In this document: in pieces, positions 1 to 9,085 of the stretch | Layout: the number at the start of each line of letters is the position of its first letter | Numbering within the stretch: position 1 is the first letter of the stretch | NCBI GenBank assembly: GCA_963770895.1 | Contig: CAVYRF010000002.1 | Span: 1,568,001 to 1,632,000 of the forward strand | Origin: an uncultured Acidobacteriota bacterium | Lineage (GTDB): Bacteria; Acidobacteriota; Thermoanaerobaculia; Multivoradales; UBA5704 | DNA: 64,000 nucleotides | Direction: 5' to 3' | Translations under genes and position numbers: made by a program | The notes under the pieces: model-generated | The model's database searches: none | Seen by the model: only the letters and a program-made list of their open reading frames with translations | What the model was told of the DNA's origin: nothing

Positions 1-178
1 CTTTGAAAACGCGCTGCGCCGCTTCAAGCGCAAGGTCGAGAAGTCAGGGATTCTGACCGAGCTGCGGAAGCGCCAGCACTTCGAGAAGCCCTCGGTCAAG
101 CGCAAGCGCAAGGCTGTTCAAGCGCGCAAGAAGATCCTGCGCAAGCTGGCCGAAGAGCGCCGTCAAGGTCTGGCGTAA
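1..178 (+). CDS. rpsU: 30S ribosomal protein S21 (5'-truncated by window edge)
   Basis: Frame from base 2 reads [37 protein letters not shown]...GLA*, the S21 signature; stop TAA at 176-178. Not in the ORF track. Confidence 0.96.
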   Translation, partial: FENALRRFKRKVEKSGILTELRKRQHFEKPSVKRKRKAVQARKKILRKLAEERRQGLA

Positions 179-274
179 GCCACCCGGCGTTCCCCTTCCG
201 CCCCAAACCCAACTTCCCGTAGCTGCCTCTCCGGCCGGACAGGGGACCACCAGGTCCCCTGTTTTGCCCTGCCC

Positions 275-3200
275 TCAGTCGTCGCTGCGGTCGGCTTCGC
301 GGGCGGCGGTCAGGATGCCGCCCAGGTTCCAGGGCAGCGCGGCCAGAGTGGCCGGGTCGAGGTTGGGCGGCGGCACGGCGCCGGCGGCGTCTTGCTTGTG
401 GTCCCACTGCTGGCGGTCGAGCAGGACGATCGGTTGCTGCCGCGCCTGGACCAGAGAGCGGTTGACCTGTGCCACGGAGCGGTCGCCGAGGGTGCGCAGG
501 CGTTGCGCAATGGCGTCCAGACGGCCGGCCAGCACGGCCATCTGGGCGATCTGCGAGCGGGTGGGCCTGCCCTCGTAGCCGTTGACGGCGCCGTAGAGGC
601 TGCCGAGCTTTTCGCGCAGCTGCTCTTCGCCGGACATCCAGCCGCCCTCGCGGGTTGCGACCAGCGCCTTGTGCAGAGCTTCGAGCTGGTCGGCGAGCTG
701 TTCCAGCTGGTGCCGCGCGGGTCCGCGCGCGGGCATGGCGGCGGCGCGGGCGCGGGCCTGCGCCAGGGCGTCCACCACCGCGTCGGTGGTGTAGGTCAGG
801 TCGGACAGCATGGCGTAGAGCCTGGTCACCGTGGCGTACTGCTGGGCGCGATCGTCGTCGGTGGCTTTGGACCGCGGGTCCGCCACCAGGGAGATCTGCC
901 CGGTGTAGGTCTTGTCGCCGTCGATCAACTTCACGGTGTAGCGTCCTGGCGGCACGCGCGGGCCCATGAAGCTGAAGGGCTGTTCGACCAGGGCGGTGGC
1001 GCCGGGCAGCTTGGGCGGCGCCAGGCGCATCGGCCAGGCGACGCGGTTGATGCCGCGTCGCTGGCCGCCCGGCAAGCTCGACAGGAGCTTGCCGTCGGCG
1101 TCGTAGACCTCGACCTTCAGGGTGCCGAAGATGTGCCGCTTCTTGAGGTAGTAGCAGATGGAGGCGGCCTCTTGCGGGTTGGTGCCGACAAACTCGTCGT
1201 CGCCCGGAAAGTCCTGCTCCGAAACCGGCAGCATCATCGGCGACGCCTTGGACGGCAGCAGCGCGACGTCCGCCGCGAGCACCTGGCGGGTCAGGTGGCG
1301 CAGCGGAGTGAGGTCGTCCAGGATGTAGATGCCCCGTCCGTGGGTGGCGATGATCAGGTCGGCGTCGCGCGGGTGGATCGCCAGATCGAAGACCGACACG
1401 GCCGGCAGGTTGCCGTGGAAGCGCGCCCAATGACCGCCGCCGTCGAGCGAGATGAACAGGCCCATCTCGGTGCCCAGGAACAGCAGATCGGGGTTTTCGA
1501 GGTCTTGCCGCACGACGTGGGCGTAGCCGGTGGCGCCGGGACCGGCCAGCGATTGCCAGGTCTTGCCGAAGTCGCTCGTCTTGTAGACGTACGTCTTCAT
1601 GTCGCCGTTGTGATGGTTGTCGAACACCGCAAAGGCGGTCGCCGCGTCGTAACGGCCGGGCTCGATCCTGGCCACCCAGGTACCGGCGGGCAGACCGGGG
1701 ATCGCCCGCACGGTATTGGTCCAGGTGGCACCGCCGTCGCGCGTCACCTGCACGTTGCCGTCGTCGGTGCCGGCCCAGAGGACGGCGGGATCGCGCGGCG
1801 ATTCGGCGACGGTGACGATGGTGGTGTAGTTTTCGGCGCTGGAGTTATCGACCGTCAGGCCGCCGGAATCTTCCTGCTGCTGCTTGGCTTTGTCGTTGGT
1901 TGTAAGGTCGGGCGAAATCCGCTGCCACGATTCGCCGCGGTCGCGCGAGCGGAACAGGAACTGTGCGCCGATGTAGACGGTCCCCGGTTGCGCGCCGGCG
2001 GCGATCGGCGTATTCCAGTTGAAGCGCAGATCGGGATCGCCGGCGCCCGCCAGCGGCTGGATATCCTTGCTTTCGCCGGTCCTGAGCGAATAGCGAGAGA
2101 TGTGTCCGCCCTGGTATTCGACGTACACCACGTCGCGGTCGGCGGGGTCGCTGACGACGTAGAAACCGTCGCCGCCGCCGATGTTGCGCCACTGTTTGTT
2201 GAGCACGCCGGCGGTGCCGCGCGAGGGGCCGCTCCAGGTGCCGTTGTCCTGCAGGCCGCCGTAGACGTTGAACGGCTCCGCCATGTCGTAGCTCACTTCG
2301 TAGAACTGCGACACCGGCAGGGCCTTGACGAAACGCCAGCTGTGCGCGCGATCGGTGGACATGTAAAGCCCGCCGTCGGTGCCCAGCAGCACCTGGTGCG
2401 GGTCTTTGGGATTGATCCATACGGCATGGTGGTCGCCGTGCGGGCCGGCATCAAAACCGTTGCCGCTGAAGGGCGAGCTGAACGTCTTGCCGCCGTCGGT
2501 GCTGAGCGTCAGGAACAGGCCGGGCTTGTAGACGACGTTGAAGTCGGTGGGATCGACCACCACCCGCGCAAAATAGAATGGGCGCACCTGTACGTTGAAG
2601 GACGAGTTGACCTGGGTCCACGAGGCGCCGGCGTCATCGGAACGATAGAGCGCCGTGTCGCGGCTTTCGATCAGGGCATAGACGACGCTCGGCCGCGACG
2701 GCGCCGCGGCCACCGCGATGCGGCCCTTGGTTCCGGCCGGCAGGCCCTGGACCAGCGGCTTCCAGGTATCGCCGCCGTCCGTGCTCTTGAACAGGCCGCT
2801 GCCCGCACCACCGGAGCGGAAGGCCCAGGGGAAGCGGCGGAACTGCCACATGCCGGCATACAGGATCCGCGGTTCCTGCGGATCGATCGCCAGGTCCGAA
2901 CAGCCGGTGGCCGCGTTCACGTACAGCACCCGCTGCCAGCTCTTGCCACCGTCGCGCGTGCGGTAGACGCCGCGCTCCTCGCTGTCGTCCCACAGGTGGC
3001 CCGTGACGCAGACGTACACGGTGTCGCCGTCGGCCGGGCTGACCTGGATACGGGCGATGCGCTCGGACCGTTCCAGGCCCAGGTGCTCCCAACTGTCGCC
3101 GCCGTCGGTCGTACGGTACACCCCGTCGCCGACCGAAACGCTGTTGCGGGTCCACGACTCGCCGGTGCCGACCCAGACGGTCCTGGGTTTGCGCGGGTCG

Positions 3201-3577
3201 ACGGCGATGGCGCCGATCGACTGCGCGTGCTCGTCAAAGACCGGCTGGAAGGTCGTGCCGCCGTCGCGCGATCGCCACACGCCGCCGCCGGCCGCGCCGA
3301 CGTACAGGGTCAGAGGCTCGTCCGCCACCGCATCGATGGCGGAAATGCGCCCCCCGGTCGCCGCCGGACCGATGGGCCTGGCGGCCAGGCCGCCGAAGGA
3401 GTTGGAATCCAGAACCACGCTCTCCGCGGCCGGCGGCGCAGAGACGGCGGGCGCCGCGGCCGGAGCCGCCGACGATGGCTGAGGGGCGGCCGCGGCCGCA
3501 GGGCTTACAGCGACGATCGCGGCAAGGGACCCGCCGGTCAGGACGGCAGCAAGCAAGACGCGGGGTGCGTGGCGCAT
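275..3577 (-). CDS. Secreted BNR/Asp-box repeat (VPS10/sortilin-like beta-propeller) glycosyl hydrolase-like protein
   Basis: Signal peptide; many SxDGGxTW Asp-boxes (SRDGGTTF, TTDGGDSW, STDGGDTW, TRDGGATW); RPIGPA..GGRI start and RFNWNTP motif typical of this family; C-terminal helical region. Confidence 0.85.
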   Translation of the reverse strand: MRHAPRVLLAAVLTGGSLAAIVAVSPAAAAAPQPSSAAPAAAPAVSAPPAAESVVLDSNSFGGLAARPIGPAATGGRISAIDAVADEPLTLYVGAAGGGVWRSRDGGTTFQPVFDEHAQSIGAIAVDPRKPRTVWVGTGESWTRNSVSVGDGVYRTTDGGDSWEHLGLERSERIARIQVSPADGDTVYVCVTGHLWDDSEERGVYRTRDGGKSWQRVLYVNAATGCSDLAIDPQEPRILYAGMWQFRRFPWAFRSGGAGSGLFKSTDGGDTWKPLVQGLPAGTKGRIAVAAAPSRPSVVYALIESRDTALYRSDDAGASWTQVNSSFNVQVRPFYFARVVVDPTDFNVVYKPGLFLTLSTDGGKTFSSPFSGNGFDAGPHGDHHAVWINPKDPHQVLLGTDGGLYMSTDRAHSWRFVKALPVSQFYEVSYDMAEPFNVYGGLQDNGTWSGPSRGTAGVLNKQWRNIGGGDGFYVVSDPADRDVVYVEYQGGHISRYSLRTGESKDIQPLAGAGDPDLRFNWNTPIAAGAQPGTVYIGAQFLFRSRDRGESWQRISPDLTTNDKAKQQQEDSGGLTVDNSSAENYTTIVTVAESPRDPAVLWAGTDDGNVQVTRDGGATWTNTVRAIPGLPAGTWVARIEPGRYDAATAFAVFDNHHNGDMKTYVYKTSDFGKTWQSLAGPGATGYAHVVRQDLENPDLLFLGTEMGLFISLDGGGHWARFHGNLPAVSVFDLAIHPRDADLIIATHGRGIYILDDLTPLRHLTRQVLAADVALLPSKASPMMLPVSEQDFPGDDEFVGTNPQEAASICYYLKKRHIFGTLKVEVYDADGKLLSSLPGGQRRGINRVAWPMRLAPPKLPGATALVEQPFSFMGPRVPPGRYTVKLIDGDKTYTGQISLVADPRSKATDDDRAQQYATVTRLYAMLSDLTYTTDAVVDALAQARARAAAMPARGPARHQLEQLADQLEALHKALVATREGGWMSGEEQLREKLGSLYGAVNGYEGRPTRSQIAQMAVLAGRLDAIAQRLRTLGDRSVAQVNRSLVQARQQPIVLLDRQQWDHKQDAAGAVPPPNLDPATLAALPWNLGGILTAAREADRSDD

Positions 3578-3590
3578 CGCGGGCAGCTCC

Positions 3591-4418
3591 TCAGCGGTGA
3601 GGTGGAGTGGATGGCGGCGGCGCAGCTGCGGGAGGCGCGGCGGCCGGCGGCGTAGCGGCTGCCGGCGGCGTGGCCGGCTTCTTGTCCACCTTCGGCATGT
3701 CGAAGCGGCTGGCGGTGATGTCGGGCGGGTTGACGTCCACCTTGTCGAGCGTGATCACCTGCGAGCTGGGCTTGCCCTTGGCCTTGATCTCCAGCGAAAA
3801 CGCCAGGGTGAGGCCGCTGACCTGCTTGTAGTTGCCGTAGACGGTTTCGAGGTCCACGGGCTGACCGCGGACGGTGCGCGAGGTCTCTTCCTTCAGCTCC
3901 AGGTAGCTGTCGCCGTCCAGGTAGATGGTGGTCACGTCGCCATCCTTTTCGGTCAGCTTCAGCTTTTGCACCGGCGTGCCTTCGAGGTCCGCCTTGCCGA
4001 GATACTCGACCTTGTTGCCCTTGTCCTTGTAGTCGAACAGCGGCCCGCCAAAATCGGCGTTCTCCTTGATGTCCTTCACGTCATCGGCAGCCATCACCTC
4101 GGGCTCGGTCTTGCCCATGAACGGCATCACCTGCCAACCGTTGACGCCATCGTACGCCTGGGTGCCGGTCATGCCCTGGACGGTGAAATCGATCCGCACC
4201 TTGTGATCGGGGGGCGCCATCTCCATCACCACCGGCGCTTCCATGCCGGGGCCGAGGTTCATCTTGCCGGTCATGCGGATGGTCTTGACGGCGCTCAGCG
4301 CCGCCCGCCCACCGCGAGCCTGGATGTTTTTGTCGACCAGCTGGTCCGCGGTCTGGGCGGCGGCGGCCACCGCTGCCAGACTGGCGATCAGCGCAACTGC
4401 GCAGGTCTTACGCTGCAT
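3591..4418 (-). CDS. Secreted LolA-like / outer-membrane lipoprotein-sorting family protein
   Basis: ATG at 4418 after GAGGAGG; signal peptide, then QTADQLVDKNIQARGG..AL..VKT, the typical N-terminus of this family; Pro/Ala tail. Confidence 0.7.
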   Translation of the reverse strand: MQRKTCAVALIASLAAVAAAAQTADQLVDKNIQARGGRAALSAVKTIRMTGKMNLGPGMEAPVVMEMAPPDHKVRIDFTVQGMTGTQAYDGVNGWQVMPFMGKTEPEVMAADDVKDIKENADFGGPLFDYKDKGNKVEYLGKADLEGTPVQKLKLTEKDGDVTTIYLDGDSYLELKEETSRTVRGQPVDLETVYGNYKQVSGLTLAFSLEIKAKGKPSSQVITLDKVDVNPPDITASRFDMPKVDKKPATPPAAATPPAAAPPAAAPPPSTPPHR

Positions 4419-4531
4419 ACAATCCTCCTCCTGGTGAGACCCATACGCCAGCCACAGCGCAAAGGTTGCGGAACAGGATACGATGTCGGGGACTATCGCG
4501 CCATGCCTGGCGCCGCAAGGAGGTTTAGCGC

Positions 4532-5473
4532 GTGACAGCCAGCCTTGAGCTGCGCGGCCTGCAAAAACGCTACGGCGATTTTGTCGCCGTGGCCGACATC
4601 TCGCTCGCGGTGCCGGCCGGGGTGATCTACGGCCTGCTGGGGCCGAACGGCGCCGGCAAGACGACAACCCTGCGGATGATCATGGATATCCTGGCGCCGG
4701 ACTCGGGCGAGATCCTGATGTTCGGCCAGCGGCGCCGCGCCCAGGACCTGCTGCGGGTCGGCTATCTACCGGAAGAGCGCGGCCTGTATCGCAAGATGAC
4801 GGTCATCGACCAGCTCCTCTTCCTGGCCGAGATTCACGGCCTCAAGCGGCGCCGGGCGCGGCCGGTCATCCAGGAGTGGCTCGCCCGCGTCGAGCTGACG
4901 GACTGGGAGCACAAGAAGATCGAGGAGCTGTCCAAGGGGATGCAGCAGAAGATTCAGCTCATCGGCACCGTGCTCCACGAACCCGACATCCTGGTACTGG
5001 ACGAACCTTTTTCGGGCCTCGACCCGATCAACCAGGTGTTGTTCAAAGAGCTCCTGGTGGACTATCGCCGCCAGGGCAAAACCATTCTGTTTTCGACCCA
5101 CGGCATGGAGCAAGCCGAAAAGATGTGCGATCACATCGGTCTCATCTCCCACGGCCGCGTGCTCCTGGCCGGCGAGCTGCGCGAGATCCGGCGCGGCATG
5201 GGCGGCAACTCCTTCCGCCTGGTGGCCAGCGGCGACCTGTCGAGAATCAAGCAGCTGCCCGCCGTGGCGCAGGTGGTCGAGCGCACCGACGGCGCCCGCG
5301 GCGACGACGGCAGCCCGGGCGCCGCCGGCACGGTCAAGCTGATGCTGCACCCCGGCGCCTCCGGCCCCGAGCTGCTGCGCCAGCTGGTGGAATTCCTGGA
5401 GGTGCGGGAGTTTCGCAGCGAGGAACCCGACCTCGAAGAGATCTTCATCAAGGCGGTGCACGATGCGGGCTAG
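4532..5473 (+). CDS. ABC transporter ATP-binding protein (NatA/YhaQ-like)
   Basis: Walker A GPNGAGKTT, signature LSKGMQQK, Walker B ILVLDEP, H-loop STH. Confidence 0.92.
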   Translation: MTASLELRGLQKRYGDFVAVADISLAVPAGVIYGLLGPNGAGKTTTLRMIMDILAPDSGEILMFGQRRRAQDLLRVGYLPEERGLYRKMTVIDQLLFLAEIHGLKRRRARPVIQEWLARVELTDWEHKKIEELSKGMQQKIQLIGTVLHEPDILVLDEPFSGLDPINQVLFKELLVDYRRQGKTILFSTHGMEQAEKMCDHIGLISHGRVLLAGELREIRRGMGGNSFRLVASGDLSRIKQLPAVAQVVERTDGARGDDGSPGAAGTVKLMLHPGASGPELLRQLVEFLEVREFRSEEPDLEEIFIKAVHDAG

Positions 5474-6746
5474 TCAAGCGGCCATCGTCGCCAAGCGCGA
5501 ATACCTGGCCCGCGTCAAGACGCGCGGCTTCTGGATCGCCACCGCGGTGCTGCCGTTGATGATGGTGGCGCTGGTCGTCGGCCCCAGCCTGGCGGCCGCC
5601 CGATCGCATGCGCAGGAACGCCTGGCGATCGTCGACACGACCGGCGCCGCGCTGGCCGGAGATCTGGCCGACGCCCTGGCGCAGACCGGGGCGGCGTCCG
5701 CCCACGGCGAGGTCGGCTTTTCGACCATGGTGGTCCCGCCGCTCGCCGATGCCAGCACGCAGCGCAGCGATCTCAACGACCTGGTGCGGAAAAAGACGGT
5801 GGACGGCTGGCTGTGGCTGGATGCGGCGGGCCTCCAGCAGGGCGCTTTCGAATACCACTCGGAAAGCGTCTCCAACCTGGTGACGCTGGAAGTGCTCAAG
5901 TCGCGCGTGTCGGCGGTGGTCAGCCGGTGGCGCCTGCGCCAGGCGGGGCTCGACTCGGCGAAGATCGCCGCGCTGACCCGGCCCACGGATCTGAAGACCG
6001 TGCGCATTTCGGCCACCGGCAGCCATGCCGAGCAAGGCGTCGGCGGCTTCATGGTGGCGTTCTTTCTCTGCTTTCTGCTCTACATCACCATCCTCATCTA
6101 CGGCAGCCAGGTGATGCAGGGAGTCATCGAAGAGAAGAACTCGCGCGTCGTCGAAGTGATCGCTTCGACCATCCGCCCAACCGAGCTGATGGCCGGCAAG
6201 CTGGTGGGGATCTGCCTGGTGGCGCTCACCCAGCTGGCGATCTGGGTGGCGATCGCGTCCCTGGTGAGAAGCCCGGCCATCGCGGCCTGGATCTCCCTGC
6301 CGGCGGGCATATCCATTCCCGCGATTGCGCCGGCGGTGGTCGTCCACCTGTTCGTGCTCTTCCTCCTGGGCTTCTTCCTGTACTCGACCCTGTACGCGAT
6401 GATCGGCGCCTCGTTCAACAGCGTTCAGGAAGCGCAGCAGTTTGCCGGCATCGCCATCGTGTTTATCGTGCCGCCGATGCTGTTCATCATGCCGATCATC
6501 AATGCGCCCGACTCGACCCTGGCGGTCGGCATGTCGCTGTTCCCGTTTTTCACCCCGCTGGTCATGATGCTGCGCATCGCCACCAAGATGCCGCCCGCAT
6601 GGCAGATCGCCGCCGGCTATTCTCTCTGCCTGGCCACCATCGCAGGCATGGTCTGGCTCTGTGCCCGCGTCTACCGCGTCGGTATCCTGATGTACGGCAA
6701 GAAGCCGACGCTGCGGGAGATCGCCCGCTGGGTGCGCTACTCGTGA
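5463..6746 (+). CDS. ABC-2 type permease (NatB/YhaP-like)
   Basis: KREYL..VK..GF start, EEKNSRVVEV motif, about six TM segments, C-terminal YRVGILMYGKKP; overlaps the ATPase stop. Confidence 0.9.
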   Translation: MRASQAAIVAKREYLARVKTRGFWIATAVLPLMMVALVVGPSLAAARSHAQERLAIVDTTGAALAGDLADALAQTGAASAHGEVGFSTMVVPPLADASTQRSDLNDLVRKKTVDGWLWLDAAGLQQGAFEYHSESVSNLVTLEVLKSRVSAVVSRWRLRQAGLDSAKIAALTRPTDLKTVRISATGSHAEQGVGGFMVAFFLCFLLYITILIYGSQVMQGVIEEKNSRVVEVIASTIRPTELMAGKLVGICLVALTQLAIWVAIASLVRSPAIAAWISLPAGISIPAIAPAVVVHLFVLFLLGFFLYSTLYAMIGASFNSVQEAQQFAGIAIVFIVPPMLFIMPIINAPDSTLAVGMSLFPFFTPLVMMLRIATKMPPAWQIAAGYSLCLATIAGMVWLCARVYRVGILMYGKKPTLREIARWVRYS

Positions 6747-6849
6747 CGCCGCCATCAGGCGCGCCGCCCATGACAGCGCGCAACGCCGCCAATGCCGCCA
6801 ATGCCGCGCTACCTGCCTGCGGATGGTCGCCTGCCGGGAGGCGGCGCCG

Positions 6850-7644
6850 GTGAACGGCGGCGGCCCCACCTTGCGGCGGGTCAGCCTGGGCGGGCTGGGC
6901 GGTGCGGGCGGCGCGCCGCCGGTCGACCTGCTGGTCATCATCGGGACGCTCTTCGTCACCTACTCGCTGCAATTCTTTGCCTCGACCGCGCTCGTTCCGG
7001 CGCTGCTGCGTCTCACGCCTCTGGTCTGGCGCGGCTGGGTCTGGCAGCTGGCGACCTATCCCTTCGTCGGCTACGGCGGCGCCAGCCTGTGGTTCCTGCT
7101 GGAACTGCTGGTGCTCTACTGGTTCGGCCGCGACGCCTGGTACGGGCTGGGGAGAAAGCACTTCTGGCGCCTGGTGCTGACCGCCGCAATCGCGGCCGGC
7201 ATCGTCGCCCTGACGGTCGAAGCGCTCCGCCAGGGAGACCTGGGTGCCATGGCGCCAGGCGGCCCCTTCCCGTTGCTGCAAGGACAGCGCGTGTTGATGG
7301 CGATCCTGATCGCCGCCTTCGCCACGGCCAACCGGCGGGCGACCATCCTGCTCTTCTTCGTCTTGCCGGTCGAAGCCCGCTACTTCCTCGGGATCGAGAT
7401 CCTCTTCGCCTTCGTCGGCTTCCTGCAGAACCACGACCTGGGCGGCCTGCTGGGCATCTGTGTCGCGGTCGGCCTGTCTTACCTGTACGTCCGCGACGGC
7501 GGCAACTTCGGCCGCGGCCTGCGCCAGACCCGCCTGCGCGTCGAGCGCTGGTGGCTGCAGCAAAAGCTCGACCGCATGAAGCGCCGGCGCAACCTGCGCG
7601 TCGTCAAGGGCGGCGCCGGCACACGCGACCCATGGGTGCAGTAG
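6850..7644 (+). CDS. Rhomboid-like membrane protein (probably non-catalytic)
   Basis: WQLATYPF motif, several TM helices and a basic C-terminal tail ending LRVVKG..WVQ; no GxSG catalytic motif visible. GTG start after GGGAGG. Confidence 0.6.
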   Translation: MNGGGPTLRRVSLGGLGGAGGAPPVDLLVIIGTLFVTYSLQFFASTALVPALLRLTPLVWRGWVWQLATYPFVGYGGASLWFLLELLVLYWFGRDAWYGLGRKHFWRLVLTAAIAAGIVALTVEALRQGDLGAMAPGGPFPLLQGQRVLMAILIAAFATANRRATILLFFVLPVEARYFLGIEILFAFVGFLQNHDLGGLLGICVAVGLSYLYVRDGGNFGRGLRQTRLRVERWWLQQKLDRMKRRRNLRVVKGGAGTRDPWVQ

Positions 7645-7674
7645 CCCGTCCCCACCCCGCCCACCCCGCCGGCC

Positions 7675-7836
7675 TAGTGTCCCGTCTCAGAAGTTCGCGG
7701 CATAAGTCGGCGAGTCATCCGCGCTCCTGGCCAGGCGCGCCGACGCAGGCATAGTCGAACTATGTCGAGGAGGCGCAACGCCGCCAGGGGCGTGGAGGGC
7801 CGCCGAATTATGGTGCGAACTTCTGACGGGACACTA
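7675..7836. mobile_element. MITE-like non-autonomous palindromic element (162 bp including flanking TA)
   Basis: Left end TA|GTGTCCCGTCTCAGAAGTTCGC and right end GCGAACTTCTGACGGGACAC|TA form a terminal inverted repeat with a 2-bp gap; nested internal inverted symmetry to a central CATAGT-CGA-ACTATG; no transposase. Confidence 0.75.
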
Positions 7837-7865
7837 AGACCGCTCGCTGGCACAGGGCTGGCCGA

Positions 7866-7927
7866 TTGACAATGCGCCGCGATCCAGCCCAAAATAGCAC
7901 CAACCTATTGAGACGCCGTCTCAATAG
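7866..7927 (+). promoter_or_regulatory. Sigma70-like promoter with overlapping Fur-box-like operator
   Basis: TTGACA (7866-7871), 18 bp, CAAAAT (7890-7895); perfect 11-1-11 palindrome CTATTGAGACG-C-CGTCTCAATAG at 7905-7927, with the TTGAGA-N5-TCTCAA geometry of Fur-family boxes. Confidence 0.6.
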
Positions 7928-7963
7928 AGACGCGGCCGGCCGGCACCCCAAAATCGTTTACAA

Positions 7964-8090
7964 CCAAAGGCCAGGCAACAGGTAGGAAAAGCGCGAGGCG
8001 ACGGCCCGGTCGAGACTTGGGGAAGGCTCCGCGGACCATCGCCTCTGTGTAGACCCGTCACGGCCTGCCTGACCTGCTTGCGGGCCGTGG
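7964..8090. ncRNA. Candidate structured non-coding RNA (rod with central bubble), strand uncertain
   Basis: Nested pairings CAGGTAGG/CCTGCCTG and GAGGCGA/TCGCCTC around an asymmetric internal loop; no convincing ORF; flanked by promoter-like elements on both strands. Confidence 0.35.
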
Positions 8091-8182
8091 CACCGCTACC
8101 GGATCAGTATACATGGCACGGCCATCCAGCGATGCCGGCCGCCTCTGTACTGTTCCCGCTGCTCCAACCAGCCGCGACCTCA

Positions 8183-8650
8183 ATGAGCAAAGCCCCCCGC
8201 TCCCCGCATCCCGACAAGCCCAACCCGAAGACCGTTGCGCGGCGCGGGCGAGGCCGTGTGGGGATGACGTTTGCGCAGGTGCGAGAGGTGGCGCTGGGGC
8301 TGCCGGGTGTCGAGGATGGGATGTCCTATGGCACTCCGGCGCTCAAGGTGCGCGGCAAGCTATTGATCCGATTGAAGGAAGATGGCGAATCGTTCGTGCT
8401 GAGGGTGGACTTCGACACCCGCGACATCCTCATGCGGGCCGAGCCGGCCACGTTCTACGTCACCGACCACTATCTGGGCTATCCGGCGGTGCTGGTCCGC
8501 ATGGCAAACCTGGATCCCGACGCGCTGGCCGGCATCCTTGAAGTGTCCTGGCACCTGGTCGCGCCCAAACGCATGGCCGCGGCGTTCCGGCCGGTCCGGG
8601 GGCACGATCCGGGTGGTGCGGACGGAGCAACAGGCGAACCAGCGGAGTGA
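8183..8650 (+). CDS. MmcQ/YjbR family protein
   Basis: ALGLPGVE..SYGTPALKVRGK...FYVTDHYLGYPAVLVR..W..APK matches the family pattern. Start uncertain (8183 or 8264). Confidence 0.85.
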   Translation: MSKAPRSPHPDKPNPKTVARRGRGRVGMTFAQVREVALGLPGVEDGMSYGTPALKVRGKLLIRLKEDGESFVLRVDFDTRDILMRAEPATFYVTDHYLGYPAVLVRMANLDPDALAGILEVSWHLVAPKRMAAAFRPVRGHDPGGADGATGEPAE

Positions 8651-8668
8651 GCGCCGGAAGGGCTCGAC

Positions 8669-8708
8669 GATCTCGATGGATCTGGATAGATCTGGATAGA
8701 TCTGGACG
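8669..8708. repeat. 10-bp tandem repeat (GATCTGGATA x about 4)
   Basis: GATCTCGATG GATCTGGATA GATCTGGATA GATCTGGACG, lying just downstream of the tRNA 3' end. Confidence 0.7.
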
Positions 8709-8731
8709 AGGGGAACAGGAAGGGCGGGACT

Positions 8732-8807
8732 TGGTAGCGCATACGGGATTCGAACCCGTGTTACCGGCGTGAGAGGCCGGCGTCCTGGACCCCTAGACGA
8801 ATGCGCC
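8732..8807 (-). tRNA. tRNA-Glu (anticodon CTC)
   Basis: Reverse strand GGCGCATTCGTCTAGGGGTCCAGGACGCCGGC-CTCTCAC-GCCGGTAACACGGGTTCGAATCCCGTATGCGCTACCA: full cloverleaf, GTTCGAA T-loop, encoded CCA, 76 nt. Confidence 0.97.
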
Positions 8808-9085
8808 ACAAAAGCGGCACGGCAAAGCTAACACAGGCTCCCGCAGCCCAGCAAGGCAAGCCGGCGTCGAGGCACCCGCGGACGCTGCAGACGCCTCCGA
8901 GCGAGGACTATTATGGGGTCGCCTCCAAGCTCACCGCAGCAACCGGGTTGACCAGGTCCTCCGGCAAACCTTGGGGTCGCGAGTAATAGTGGCTGCCGCC
9001 TGCGCCGGCAGTCCCTGCAGGTCGGATCGCCGCCCTGCCCCGGACGGCGGGGCGGGGCGGCATTGATTCCTTCGCTAACGGGCCG

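Noticed and set aside
392-3655. Long alternative-frame and antisense ORFs (392..3655, 23379..25622, 48581..51211, 51040..53577 and many others)
   Set aside because: Shadows of real genes in high-GC DNA, with Arg/Gly/Ala-rich translations and no family motifs.
8669-8708. Short repeats here and at 57965-58008 as possible CRISPR remnants
   Set aside because: Contiguous 10-15 bp units without spacers and no cas genes; simple slippage repeats.
7650-8810. Possible genomic island at the tRNA-Glu 3' end
   Set aside because: No integrase and no duplicated tRNA 3' end (att) seen.
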